Source: a virus (lineage: Duplodnaviria > Caudoviricetes). From it: DNA of 62,920 nucleotides. The notes under the pieces were generated by a model. It was given only the letters and a program-made list of their open reading frames with translations, ran no database searches and was not told the DNA's origin. The first letter of the stretch is position 1. Each line of letters starts with the position of its first letter. The position numbers were made by a program, and so were the translations under genes. Below, in pieces: positions 53,401-62,871 of this stretch. The DNA is taken from positions 1 to 62,920 of the IMG/VR virus record IMGVR_UViG_3300037808_000193; one strand, 5' to 3'.

Positions 53401-55556
53401 TCTGTCACGATCGCTTCGGTGCCGTAGTTGGTCACCGTGTCGTTGTCGAAGGTGAACATCCACTCGGTGGTGGTGAGGTCCAGGTCGTGAGGGATGAGGT
53501 ATCCCTCCAGCGGTTTCTGAGCCTGCTTGGTCGTGACTCCAGCTGAAGTAGCTGCACCAGCAAGCCCCTTCTGAACCTCCATGGTGAGGGCACCAGCAGA
53601 GGTCATGGTGCCAGCTACTGCCTGGGTCTCACTCCCGGCTGCAGCAAAGGTGATCTTGGCGGTGTTCGTGTAGGTGTCAAGCAGGCTGTCGTCACTCTTG
53701 ACGATCCTGAATTCGATCTGCTCACCTTCAGCATCAGTCGTCCCCTTGATAGCCCAGGCGACCTCTGAATGGTTGTTCGAAGCAAGGTCGATGGCATCTG
53801 TGCCGTTCTCATCATCCCAGACACGGCCTGTGGTGAAGGAGCCAGTGCCACCAGTGATCCGAGCTGAACTGATGGCTTCACCAGAGGCAGTGATGAAGCT
53901 CGATGCCGACATCTTGACCATGACGGCCCGATGCACAGTGACAGCGAACCCGGTCTCGTTAGTGCCGCCCGTGTCGTTGGTTACGTACATCCACAGGCCA
54001 CCGGGGGTCTGAGTTCCGATGTCAACGGTGATGTCGATGGACGTGTCGGCCCACGAGGTGACGGTCTGGGTGGTCTTGGTGGTGGAAGCCGTGTAGGTGG
54101 AGTGACTACCCAGCTCGACCTTGCCTGTGCCCTGAGCGGCCTCGTAGTTCGTGCCAGTCAAGGTGATCAGGGTGTCTTTGTCCCTGAAGTCCTCGTCGGT
54201 CTCGACGTCGGTGATGGTCGGGTCGGCGGGTGGGAACAGACTCGAAATCCGAACGATTGAAATGCCACCGGACTCGTTGACGAGACTGCCCGATGCTGTT
54301 CCGATCCGGTCGTTTCTGAAATACACCGAGTCGTTAGCGGATAACCCGGTCAGTAATGTCGCCGTAGCCAACGCAGCAAAGCCTGCTGTGCCGGTCCCTC
54401 GGTTGTAGGCAGCAGCGCCCGCCGTTTGGTCGTTAGTGGTATTCACTCGGAAATGGGCAGACGGGACAGCTCTAGTCACTGCCTCATAGGTGAGGACCGC
54501 TTGCGAGGCCATCGCCAAATAATCACCGGCGTTATCGACATCAAGATTCGTGTTCCCCGTCGAGTGGGTGAACGCCGCCGTGTCGATGTAGGGGTTCGTG
54601 TCCCACGCAAAGTCCGTGGCCGCAGTGTTGAAGTCGCCGGTCGTCGCTTCCACGATGATCGCTTCGGCACCGGCTGGGAGTTCCACTAGCTGCATAGTGC
54701 ACCCGAGGAAATCTTCGCCGCCATGCTCACGAGAAACGACCTCTAGCGCAGCGTCGTCACCAGATGTCACGTCGAGAAGACAGACGTTCGAGTAGCCACC
54801 CCAATCAGAATTGTCGGTGTCTCGAATATATGTTTGGGAGTACGAACCGGGAACCGGGGTCCCGCCTTGCGTCACCCGGCCCTGATACTCCGAGCGGCTG
54901 ACCGGGTTAACCTCCGTGCTCTTTATCGAGTAGACAGCCAACACCAAATTGTTGGTAGCCATGTCAACATTCACGCCAGTCCGGGTGAACGTCGCATCCT
55001 CTTCGACCGTGGCATCCAGCACCGAGACAGCCGCGTTGTTGGCGGTAGCTGTTACCGCCGACCCCTCATAGCGGCCATAATCCCAAGTGTCATCGAGCTT
55101 GAGGATCGTGATACCGGAACGATCAGCTACCCGGTTCTGCGTCCCCGTAGTCGAGTTGTCTATCCGCTCGCTGCGGACTTGTAACTCGTCGCCGGTGCCG
55201 GTAGTCGTAGAGACGTTGATAATCGCCGCCGAGAACGTGACGTGTTCCTGCGAGCCCGAATTCTTGCGGATGTATCCAGTAGAGAATCCCTCGTCAAGCT
55301 CGGTGCCCGCCAACGTGAACGTCGTCTTCCAGTTCAACCGTTCGTTGTTGGTGGTGTCTGTCGTCCCGCACTGATCCGAGCACAGCACCAGGAAGTGGCC
55401 GGTTTCCCCGAGCGTGAACGTGCCAGCCGAGTAGGTGATACCCGTGCCGACGTTGGCGACTGCGGTGTCCCACAGGAGCAACAGGTCAGAGCCAGCGTCA
55501 GGAATGGTGTCCGTGTTGGACGCATTCCTCATGATCTTGTAGTCACCGGCCGTCAT
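50466..55556 (-). CDS. Giant modular fibre/adhesin (beta-sandwich modules, IPT-like, LamG, CBM-like, ~22-aa repeats)
   Basis: Repeats such as LAGAVTSAGVLVKQAQ; DDEWHTIG...LYLDG (LamG); YYDDIVV (CBM-like); start refined to the ATGA-coupled MTAGD. Confidence 0.8.
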   Translation of the reverse strand: MTAGDYKIMRNASNTDTIPDAGSDLLLLWDTAVANVGTGITYSAGTFTLGETGHFLVLCSDQCGTTDTTNNERLNWKTTFTLAGTELDEGFSTGYIRKNSGSQEHVTFSAAIINVSTTTGTGDELQVRSERIDNSTTGTQNRVADRSGITILKLDDTWDYGRYEGSAVTATANNAAVSVLDATVEEDATFTRTGVNVDMATNNLVLAVYSIKSTEVNPVSRSEYQGRVTQGGTPVPGSYSQTYIRDTDNSDWGGYSNVCLLDVTSGDDAALEVVSREHGGEDFLGCTMQLVELPAGAEAIIVEATTGDFNTAATDFAWDTNPYIDTAAFTHSTGNTNLDVDNAGDYLAMASQAVLTYEAVTRAVPSAHFRVNTTNDQTAGAAAYNRGTGTAGFAALATATLLTGLSANDSVYFRNDRIGTASGSLVNESGGISIVRISSLFPPADPTITDVETDEDFRDKDTLITLTGTNYEAAQGTGKVELGSHSTYTASTTKTTQTVTSWADTSIDITVDIGTQTPGGLWMYVTNDTGGTNETGFAVTVHRAVMVKMSASSFITASGEAISSARITGGTGSFTTGRVWDDENGTDAIDLASNNHSEVAWAIKGTTDAEGEQIEFRIVKSDDSLLDTYTNTAKITFAAAGSETQAVAGTMTSAGALTMEVQKGLAGAATSAGVTTKQAQKPLEGYLIPHDLDLTTTEWMFTFDNDTVTNYGTEAIVTETISTFVDGLSGRGFRDTEAVTEQLQLDMPAGFASGGDTTIMFRFKSNQVDASYRTWFSWMNYGTSGLVISQDGTNSRLYLRIDSSGGANQSIYGGPMGHVSDDEWHTIGWVVRSDGTGSLYLDGEFEVDDTYTLGTGFHLAGTDPWFSPDLGVVSSQVDFDFLMITDQALTLAQMRDIDSVGQLTKEPQKPLTGSISSAGTLARKPSKVLAGAVTSAGVLVKQAQLAFTGAMSSAGALATSFLKMLSLSGGMTFGSTLVKETQTTLSGSLTSSGVLGTVSAFVRSLTGSVTSAGSLVKQTQKPLTGAVTSAGTLVRQISRALTGTVSSAGALVKQAQKSLVGQLGDQHTINADDTGGANDIGGWYNPIGADTWEESSSEAHSGTLSFHYLEDGTTADHYIATTTGIGHSPIKSGATFTLEFWVKHTGSPVGRVTNSEGWMGLQAYDDGWTASEWIAYIGTNELTIESDWTKHTITGTATADYDNIRVSLRPGEDYDDSLNPMDTYYDDIVVIGPLSGTLLNKAGKKLAGAVTSAATLATNYIAGLVQQAIAGTMSLAGSLVMKVQRSLTGSASSSGVLTNQAQKVVAGTVTPDATLARGTSTSMSGGMSSAGTLLNRAKVLLGGSLVPSGVQSSVRSAVLALTGAVTSAGAITKGVSTSVLGAISSAGSMLKKPGISSSGSVSSSATLSRKVGKVVDGTITPTNTLIKGVSTTLSGVVTFAGTLATLSAEFLAVVGTVTMAGLLKVKVFTSKVGSLASSGGITKEAQISTEGTITPEATISTIKLKLLSLVGAITPSGVLQNLTGRAVTGSVSSSSTLSRKTSHPLSGSLSSSGAVSTSGTFRRAMAGAMTWAGALVKKARKTTTGTTSSTGQVTKKVSASLDGTLSPSGTESNASTLHRAFTGAVTFAGTLSTVVTEFLYRASRYFQHRIEIEAGTEVVSLDQSEIDVLVSYEHEVVAEDTSGEQITASQEITHEI

Positions 55557-56905
55557 AAGAGGGGTACGTCTTCCCACTCGGACGCAGGGTCACCAACTAC
55601 TCGCCACTGCAGCTTGAACGTTGTGGAGTCTGGATCGTCCACGGCTTGTATCTGCTGCCTCAGAATGGTGGTGGTCTCAGATGCTCTGCTGCCTTCGTCG
55701 GTGTCTTGTGCTTCGAGTGCCGTGGCAGTTGTGGGGTCAGCGTCATCGTCGTACCACCGGAAGCTGTTCTGCTCCAGGGTCGATCCTGCATCGAGCAACA
55801 GAGCAATCAGCCACGAGCCACCCTCCGTGCCCTCGATCCGGTTGAAGGCAGCGCTCTTGCCCTTGACGTCCATGTCCATCGTTGCCGATGCACCGTCACC
55901 TGTGTAGACGTGAGCACCACCACCACTAGTGGCGAGGTTAGATGCGCCATTCACCATGGCTGTCTGCTCGTGAATAACGGTTCCGTCGATGGTGACCTGG
56001 ACGTACACGCCACCACCCGAGCCGCTGGCGTTGACCTCTGACAGGTAGCTGTTCAGCAACAGCCACTTGTTCGTGCCTCCGCCACCATTGATGGTGATGG
56101 AGTCATGTTCGGTGTAGCTAGTCGATGTCGTCTGAGTTTGGGTGGTGTCGTTGTTGTAGTCGGCGTCCTCGAAGGTGTCGGCATTCAACAACAGGCATTG
56201 CCATCCGTTGCACAGAGCTATGTCTAGAATGTCGTTGTAGTCCAAGTCGATGGTCTGAGACCCGTTCGGTGCGATCCTTGCCACCGAGACGAACGGCTCG
56301 AACTCATCGTTGCTGTTGTACTGCGGGTCCATCTCTGAGATCACAGTTCCACCAAGGGTGATCCTGGAACTGGTCCCGCTGGCTGCTACTGAGTTGGCCA
56401 TCAAGGCCGAAGAGATCATGTAGTAAGTGCCACTGGCAGGAGTGAAGGTGGCGTACTCAGCCCACGCTGCGCCGTTCTGACTCCTGTCAGTCAGGTCTTC
56501 ATGCCAAACATCCCCGGTCTCTTCCTTGAGGGCGATGATGGAGATATTCCTGATGTGAGCAGTGTCAAGAGCAGCGGTTGTCAGGAATTGCATCTTCATC
56601 GTCTTCGAGGTGCCATCACCCTCGAAGGTGGCCAACTGGATGAAGGAGCGGTACCGATAGTCGGTGGTGTCGTCCTGGTGAGGGTTGTGACCGATCAGAT
56701 CCCCATAGCTCGTTCCATCCACCACGGTCTGAGCACGGGTAGTTGCACCATTGTTCTCAGCAGCAAGATCGAAGCTGAAGATGACGTACCACGTGCCAGT
56801 AGAGAAGCTGGCCGTGAGGTGACTGGCGACGTTGGTGTCAGTCAGCGAGGTAGAGGTCGTGTTCTCTTCGGTTGCCCGGTAGACGCTCTCATAGGTGCGT
56901 GCCAT
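55553..56905 (-). CDS. Virion structural/fibre protein
   Basis: Three beta-sandwich repeats (TTSTSLTD, QNGAAWAE, TTSTSYTE); C-terminal QNSFRWYDDD segment. Confidence 0.7.
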   Translation of the reverse strand: MARTYESVYRATEENTTSTSLTDTNVASHLTASFSTGTWYVIFSFDLAAENNGATTRAQTVVDGTSYGDLIGHNPHQDDTTDYRYRSFIQLATFEGDGTSKTMKMQFLTTAALDTAHIRNISIIALKEETGDVWHEDLTDRSQNGAAWAEYATFTPASGTYYMISSALMANSVAASGTSSRITLGGTVISEMDPQYNSNDEFEPFVSVARIAPNGSQTIDLDYNDILDIALCNGWQCLLLNADTFEDADYNNDTTQTQTTSTSYTEHDSITINGGGGTNKWLLLNSYLSEVNASGSGGGVYVQVTIDGTVIHEQTAMVNGASNLATSGGGAHVYTGDGASATMDMDVKGKSAAFNRIEGTEGGSWLIALLLDAGSTLEQNSFRWYDDDADPTTATALEAQDTDEGSRASETTTILRQQIQAVDDPDSTTFKLQWRVVGDPASEWEDVPLL

Positions 56906-56918
56906 GCCGCACCCCTAC

Positions 56919-57338
56919 TCAGTCTGGGGTCGTCGGGATAGACGACCGATCAGGGACGTGCTGGGTACGAATGATCCGACGTTGGATCTGAGCCAAACGC
57001 TTCACGGCCAGCAGCAGATTGTTCCTGCCTGCGCCCGTAGTGAGGTCCAGCCCCTCAACAGACCCGATGATCAGATCGAGCTGACCCAGAGCGTTATCTC
57101 TCAACGAGAGCCTGTCTGGGTCCTTGCCAGCATCTGGGTCGTAGATAACCGAGTTGAGGATGGCCTGAATCTCTTCATCGCTGAAGGTCCCGGTCCCGTC
57201 GAGGATCGAAGAATCATTCGATCCCTGTTCACGTTCCCCCGTAAGCCCCCACCCTTCGGGGAGTTGCCTGGCAGGGTAAGCGGCTGTGAGAGCTTCATGA
57301 ATCTGCTGGAGGTTCACCTGACCAGTAGTCAGGGCCAT
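56919..57338 (-). CDS. Hypothetical protein (possible fibre chaperone)
   Basis: ORF among fibre genes. Confidence 0.6.
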   Translation of the reverse strand: MALTTGQVNLQQIHEALTAAYPARQLPEGWGLTGEREQGSNDSSILDGTGTFSDEEIQAILNSVIYDPDAGKDPDRLSLRDNALGQLDLIIGSVEGLDLTTGAGRNNLLLAVKRLAQIQRRIIRTQHVPDRSSIPTTPD

Positions 57339-57341
57339 GGA

Positions 57342-58076
57342 TCAGCCTCCAGCAGAGATGGTGAGGTCGTAGGTGGTCTCCAGGCTGTCCGAGGATGCCA
57401 GGTTGATCACGGAGAACACAGAGCGGTCCATGAGGATGCCTGAGCCCACGGTGGCCGAGGTGAGAATGCCATGCTCCACAACGGCTGCAGAAGCATCCAC
57501 GGTATTGGTGGCAACCGTCTGGAAGATGTTGGCGGATGCACCTTCGACCTGAGTACCAGTAGCACGGGTGTTGTCGGCCGTGTACTGGGTGGTCAGCTCA
57601 GTGGCAATGTCGGTATTACCAATGGCTTCAGCCGTGCTGGCTGTACCGATGCCGTGGTATATGTAGTCACCCAAGCCAAGGCCATCGACCAGCTCGTCCA
57701 CAACGTCGTTGACGAATGCGGTTGTCACCACCTGCATGGACACCAGGCCAAGGTCGTAGACCTGGCCGAACTGCTCAGTCTTGGGACCCTTGAACACTTT
57801 GATCCAGAGTGAGCCGGTGAGGGTCGGAAGACCGAGCGCCCGAGCGGGTGCCCACTTACGAATGCCCCTCTGGATGTTGACGAGGTTCCTCGTCTTCCAG
57901 CTCCGAATGTCCTTCGGCTGGTTCCGATGGGGAAAGGCGTTCTCCCACACATGCCTCAGGGTGTACGGGTTCCCCGCCTGAGGGTGTGGAAGGGAAGGGT
58001 TCTCGATACGCCCGTTCCCTCGGATGACCCGCATACCAAGCTCACCCGTCGGCTGAGCGTTTCCGTCGTTACGCAT
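57342..58076 (-). CDS. Minor structural protein
   Basis: YHGIGT...L.TE...EHGI...G.LMDRSVF..INL...DSL..TY.LT pattern. Confidence 0.7.
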   Translation of the reverse strand: MRNDGNAQPTGELGMRVIRGNGRIENPSLPHPQAGNPYTLRHVWENAFPHRNQPKDIRSWKTRNLVNIQRGIRKWAPARALGLPTLTGSLWIKVFKGPKTEQFGQVYDLGLVSMQVVTTAFVNDVVDELVDGLGLGDYIYHGIGTASTAEAIGNTDIATELTTQYTADNTRATGTQVEGASANIFQTVATNTVDASAAVVEHGILTSATVGSGILMDRSVFSVINLASSDSLETTYDLTISAGG

Positions 58077-58147
58077 AGCAACTCCCTGCTGATGAGTGCG
58101 TCTTGGGTGACAGAGTAGCCCGCCTAGAGGCTGCTACTCGGAACTGC

Positions 58148-58456
58148 TTACTGTGGCGGGAGTGGGTTGCCACCACGGTCAACTGGCCCGTCATAGGTAG
58201 GAACGGTGCCAAGGCCGGTGTAGGCCTGCAGGGTTCGGATTACGAACCCCACGAAGCCACCCAGAGCAGCCATAGCTGCCGACACAGCAGCAGCCGCCAG
58301 GACAGAGAGATCAGGGAACTCTGCCGAGCCACCCGTCCACTCCTGCACTGCTTGAAGCGCACCAATGACTGAAGTGGCGAAGAGTGCGATGAATGTCCAC
58401 AAGGCAGTGAACAAAGCTGGCTTGAGGCCAGGGAGCTTGGTGAATAGATCACTCAT
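58148..58456 (-). CDS. Putative holin
   Basis: Two TM helices (ALWTFIALF; AAAAVSAAMAALGG) near the endolysin. Confidence 0.7.
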   Translation of the reverse strand: MSDLFTKLPGLKPALFTALWTFIALFATSVIGALQAVQEWTGGSAEFPDLSVLAAAAVSAAMAALGGFVGFVIRTLQAYTGLGTVPTYDGPVDRGGNPLPPQ

Positions 58457-58461
58457 TGGTT

Positions 58462-59004
58462 CTAGTCTTCCTCTATTGGGTCAATGACTTGGACGATGTT
58501 GCTGGTAGCAAAGATGGCTTGGCGCTTGTCTCCAGCTCCAACCTCGCCGACGATCAGGAACTCATAGATTCCTGGGTTCAGTGGGAGGCCATCGACGTGA
58601 TCGAGGACGATGCCCTCAAACGTCTCTGTCTCGCACTGCTCCGAGGCAACGAAGCTGAGAGGAGCGTTTCTGATGAGAAGAGCCACACGAGTGTTGGTCT
58701 CAGGATCAACGAGCCACATGGAACCTACCCCTGCCACGTCTTCGTCGACACACACGTTGCGGATCAACGAATAGGTCCCGTCGATCTCGATGACGTCGGG
58801 CACGATCTCGAACTCGTACACCTCGACCGGATCATAAGGGCCATCACCCCTAGAAACTGCAATGAGGACACCTGTCATGAACACCATGAAGATGATCAAA
58901 GCAGCTACGACACGGCGCCCACACATGACAGCTAAGTCGTCATCCCAGAAGACCCTCTCGAATCTTCCTGAACTGATGTGGCCGGTCTCAACGTCAACTG
59001 ACAC
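58462..59004 (-). CDS. Single-pass membrane protein in the lysis cassette
   Basis: One TM helix plus a beta domain with a Cys pair. Confidence 0.6.
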   Translation of the reverse strand: MSVDVETGHISSGRFERVFWDDDLAVMCGRRVVAALIIFMVFMTGVLIAVSRGDGPYDPVEVYEFEIVPDVIEIDGTYSLIRNVCVDEDVAGVGSMWLVDPETNTRVALLIRNAPLSFVASEQCETETFEGIVLDHVDGLPLNPGIYEFLIVGEVGAGDKRQAIFATSNIVQVIDPIEED

Positions 59005-59321
59005 TACGTGCCTTCCAGAAGCTGCAAGCGATTGTCTTGGCGCTCTTGGTGAGCATCTATCTGTGGCTTCCAGATTGTCACATCTCGGACGTGATCCTTG
59101 ATACTTGTGATCTCGGCCATGACGGTCTCGTGGTTCTCGTCGATCTTCCTGTTGGTCCCCTTGAGGCGATCGGGCACCGTACCGATCGACAGGGCAACAG
59201 GTGACGCAGGGTCGAAGTGCTGGTTGGTGTGAGACACCTTCTGAAACAGCCTCACCACCACAGCCATCAGAGGAGTTGTCCCACCAAGTACGGATAGTGC
59301 TATTGCAAGCCAGTCAGGCAT
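59004..59321 (-). CDS. Membrane-anchored coiled-coil protein in the lysis cassette
   Basis: N-terminal TM helix, C-terminal coiled coil. Confidence 0.65.
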   Translation of the reverse strand: MPDWLAIALSVLGGTTPLMAVVVRLFQKVSHTNQHFDPASPVALSIGTVPDRLKGTNRKIDENHETVMAEITSIKDHVRDVTIWKPQIDAHQERQDNRLQLLEGT

Positions 59322-59404
59322 GTTCAGTCACCAACTTCTTTCTGTACCCCGAACACGTAGTCTGAATATTACTCCCGCACTTCTAGAGACCCCGTTAATA
59401 CTGC

Positions 59405-60391
59405 CTACCGATGGAAGTCAAATACACCACCATCTGATCCGATCATCTGAATCCACGAATCAGTGATCAGTATGGCGGTCACAATGTCACCAACGAGCTT
59501 TGGTGCGTAGTCCTTCATGAACGCCTGATGGTTACCTGGGTACCAAGCATCCCCGAAGGTGAAGATCCCACCATCACTACCGATGAGCCAGTAACCACTG
59601 CCTGTTGAAGTCGGCAACAACTTGGTGATCGGTGCAGCGATGTCATGATATGACAGATCACCATGGAAGGGAGCGTCGAACATGGGGATGACGGTCCCCT
59701 CGGTGTAGTACTTCCACATCGGGTAGCGGTACGTCTCTCGGTTGAACTTCCCAGCCGGAACCATCACGTAGTCGACCAGCTGCCCTCGACCGTCAGAGGT
59801 TTGTGGTGGAGCGTTCACCAACTGCTGGAGACGACGAGCCTCAGCGAGCAGCATCTCGATCTCACGAGCTGAGAAGCCTGGATCGAACCGACGCCATGGG
59901 TCTGCAGCTGCATGAGTGATGAACCCACGAGCACCACCCATGGCTTGCTCCCTGGTGAGTGACACCAGAGGGATATTCATGTCCACTGACCACTCAGCGA
60001 TGACCCTGGCAGCCTGAAGGGCGTACTCACCCTTGCCCTCATCATCGAGGTCCCAGGTCTCATCATCCCGGTACTCCTCGGCCTTGGTAGCCATGGAGAG
60101 GTGAGCCGCGTAGTGGTTGAAGCCGTACCTGCATCCCCACGAACGCATCTTGCGAGGGTTCCACATGTCAACCCTGGAGTCACGGTCAACGACGGTGTGG
60201 TAGCAGCCCGGTGAGCTACGACGCTGAAGGTAAGCGGCCATCTTCTCAGCGTTGTCATCTCCTAACACGTAGTCAGGCATTGACTGGGTGGTGTGAAGCA
60301 TGATGACTCGGAGTTCTTGAGTCAACGGAGCGCCCTGGCTAGAGGCGGGTGGATGCTCTTCGAGGTAGAAGGTGCCTTGTGTGTAGTTCAT
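59405..60391 (-). CDS. Endolysin: N-acetylmuramoyl-L-alanine amidase with C-terminal wall-binding repeats
   Basis: IMLHTT, YH.VVD, ITH...RR.DPG; GYWLIGSDGGIFTFGDA repeat. Confidence 0.88.
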   Translation of the reverse strand: MNYTQGTFYLEEHPPASSQGAPLTQELRVIMLHTTQSMPDYVLGDDNAEKMAAYLQRRSSPGCYHTVVDRDSRVDMWNPRKMRSWGCRYGFNHYAAHLSMATKAEEYRDDETWDLDDEGKGEYALQAARVIAEWSVDMNIPLVSLTREQAMGGARGFITHAAADPWRRFDPGFSAREIEMLLAEARRLQQLVNAPPQTSDGRGQLVDYVMVPAGKFNRETYRYPMWKYYTEGTVIPMFDAPFHGDLSYHDIAAPITKLLPTSTGSGYWLIGSDGGIFTFGDAWYPGNHQAFMKDYAPKLVGDIVTAILITDSWIQMIGSDGGVFDFHR

Positions 60392-60720
60392 GCTTCTGAC
60401 CTCAGCTCTTCGAGTTCTTCCATCAGCTTCGTGATGATCACCTTGCCCTGGACGTTCTCTCTAGTGAGAGCAGCATTGACAAGGAGAAGCTCTTCAACCA
60501 TGCCACTGAGCAGCTCACCCGGCTTGTTGACGTTGATACCGCTCGGCGTTTGCGTCGCAAATGGCATCCTGATCGGCGGCAGCTCGGAGGGCTCCTCTGA
60601 TTGCTCGGAGGTAGTCCTCGTCACTTCCTTTGGGAGCTTCTTTGCCTCTTCCGACATCGGCTCTGGCAGATCCACTCTTGGATGACCTTCCCCAAATTCC
60701 TCTTTGTCTGTCATCGCCAT
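60388..60720 (-). CDS. Hypothetical coiled-coil protein
   Basis: AGGAG SD; ATGA-coupled to the endolysin. Confidence 0.6.
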   Translation of the reverse strand: MAMTDKEEFGEGHPRVDLPEPMSEEAKKLPKEVTRTTSEQSEEPSELPPIRMPFATQTPSGINVNKPGELLSGMVEELLLVNAALTRENVQGKVIITKLMEELEELRSEA

Positions 60721-60795
60721 CGCTTCTCCTCAGATCGGACACCAGTGGTGGCCTTGGTTGCTTTGATCGGAACCTCATGACCAAAGGTTACTTGA

Positions 60796-62871
60796 TCAGA
60801 TTCCTGCCTCGTTCATACGCCTGACTACATCCTGAAGGACTCGCCAGGGAACAGGCGTCAGGTAGTGGTCGTTGATCCCCACCGGAATGTCATCATCATC
60901 TCTGGGTGCTGCAAACGGCATGTGTTCTGCCACGTTCTCAGCGATGAACCCGATTCTGGGGCTACCCGGTGCTTTCTTGTAGCTGAAGTGAACGGGATCA
61001 ATGCTCTCAAGCATCTCGTATGCGTAGTCCAGCGTTAGTGGACGAACATCCTCTTTCACTCTGATGGACGATGAGAGGGTGCCGATGATGTTCCCGTCAG
61101 CAGCACGAGAGCTGTAGAGGGCTCGCTCGTCAGTAGTGGCAGAGACATCCTTGGAGTACCAGGAGGTCCCCAGATCCCACTTGGCGAGGATGGTTGCACC
61201 ACCAATTCCACCCAACAATCTCCCGTAGCTCGTGGAAGATCCGTCATACCAGTTGTCCAGGTGTAGCTCGTTACTCCAGGCATTGCCATGATCAAGCAGG
61301 AGTTCGGCACCCTCTGTAGCGTGATCCGAAGTGACTGTCAGTAGGCCAGCACTAGAGGCCCATGAAAGCGATGCGATCATGTCACCAGTGGGGTCCTCGA
61401 AGTAGATGTTCTCACCTTGCAGGTACACGTCGTCTGCAGCCATGAGGTTCAAGTCGTCCATTGACCTAATGGTGATTGAACCAGCAGTCTTGAAGTTCGG
61501 CGGAACTGCAGCGCCGTAGATAGTCGCTCCGCTCTGGGTGAAGATGTTGATTTGCGGGTATGGAGTAACTCCGCTCGCAGTAATGTTGATGTCATCACTA
61601 ATGGTGATCCCACCGTGGCCTTGACCGTCTAGATACATGGCTGTGTCAAACAAACCAACTCCCCAGGTGAGCTGGCCCGATAGGACACCGCCGTCATAGA
61701 GGGAAACGGACTGGCCAGATATTGATACGTAGTTACCAGATGACCCAGTAGCCAGAGTCCCCTCAATGGTGGCGTTGACTGCACTCAGAACACCAGCGGG
61801 CGTGACCTTGAAGTCAGAGTTCAGGTCACCGAACGCAGCATCACCCGACCACATGTTGCCCGTGCTGTCGATGTGCAGACCGTTGGCTCCACCGATGTTG
61901 AACCCGGTAGTGCCATCGAGGCCGGTGATCTTGATATCTGTGAACTCAGCGGACCCGTCACCCCTAAGGATGAGGGACGTACCATCAAAGCTTTCGATCT
62001 TGGAGTTGACCGAGTTACTGAGTGTGAGGATCTCAGTACCAATCGTTCCAGCCTTGATCTTGTCAGCGGTCAGCTCAACGATGTAGGCCGAGGGAATCAG
62101 GATCGTGTCGTCGTTGGCAGAGGTAGACCATGTGCCAGCGTTGCCTGACTTATCGACTCCTCTTACCCGCCAGTAGTAGGTCGTGTTGTTGTTCAGACCA
62201 TCGACGGTGAGAAGTGAGGCAGTGACTATCTGATCGACTGTCGGTGAGCCGAAGCCCGAGTTGTTGTCGACCTGCACCTGGTAGTGGGCGAGGTCAGCTT
62301 CACTGTTCTCATTCCACGAACCCATCTGGTTGGTGACACCAACAGCAACGGTGAGACCTGTCACTTGAAGTGGAGCCGTGCTATCAGTGGCTGCTACCTG
62401 AGTGTCAGTGACCCAATCACTAACGAGGTTGAACGTTGAGATCGAACGCACACCCAGGTCGTAGGTGACCCCGCTCTCCAGACCATTGATTCGGTAGTTG
62501 TCCGATGCAGTGGTAGTGGCATAGGTGTACTCAGAGTCACCCGACCTCTTCCACCTGACCTCGAACATCGCCACTTTGGCAACAGAGGTGTCTGGGAACG
62601 TCCATGCCAGGTTGATCCAGACGTTGGTGGCATCTGCACCCGTCGTTGGTGTGAGCCCTGTAATGACATCTGGTGTACCCGTGTTCAGTGGCAGGCCACC
62701 GCCACCTTCACCAGCCTCTGGTCCTCCACCCACGGTGAGAGAACCGGGGATGTGAACTCCCGATGCACCGATGATGAGGTTTCTGGCCAGATTCGTTTCG
62801 AGCTTCTTGAGACGACGATCCAGGTCCCAAAGGATGTTGTTGGGCTTGGGTGTTTGGTAGACGCTGCTCAT
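60796..62871 (-). CDS. Tail fibre/tip protein with two FN3 domains and a C-terminal S74-type intramolecular chaperone
   Basis: FN3 motifs (GLESGVTYDLGVRS; YYWRVRGVDKSGN); SSIRVKEDV...GFIAENV. Confidence 0.85.
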   Translation of the reverse strand: MSSVYQTPKPNNILWDLDRRLKKLETNLARNLIIGASGVHIPGSLTVGGGPEAGEGGGGLPLNTGTPDVITGLTPTTGADATNVWINLAWTFPDTSVAKVAMFEVRWKRSGDSEYTYATTTASDNYRINGLESGVTYDLGVRSISTFNLVSDWVTDTQVAATDSTAPLQVTGLTVAVGVTNQMGSWNENSEADLAHYQVQVDNNSGFGSPTVDQIVTASLLTVDGLNNNTTYYWRVRGVDKSGNAGTWSTSANDDTILIPSAYIVELTADKIKAGTIGTEILTLSNSVNSKIESFDGTSLILRGDGSAEFTDIKITGLDGTTGFNIGGANGLHIDSTGNMWSGDAAFGDLNSDFKVTPAGVLSAVNATIEGTLATGSSGNYVSISGQSVSLYDGGVLSGQLTWGVGLFDTAMYLDGQGHGGITISDDINITASGVTPYPQINIFTQSGATIYGAAVPPNFKTAGSITIRSMDDLNLMAADDVYLQGENIYFEDPTGDMIASLSWASSAGLLTVTSDHATEGAELLLDHGNAWSNELHLDNWYDGSSTSYGRLLGGIGGATILAKWDLGTSWYSKDVSATTDERALYSSRAADGNIIGTLSSSIRVKEDVRPLTLDYAYEMLESIDPVHFSYKKAPGSPRIGFIAENVAEHMPFAAPRDDDDIPVGINDHYLTPVPWRVLQDVVRRMNEAGI

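Noticed and set aside
55553-55577. Programmed frameshift joining the two fibre genes
   Set aside because: The junction is a plain ATGA stop-start overlap with no convincing slippery heptamer
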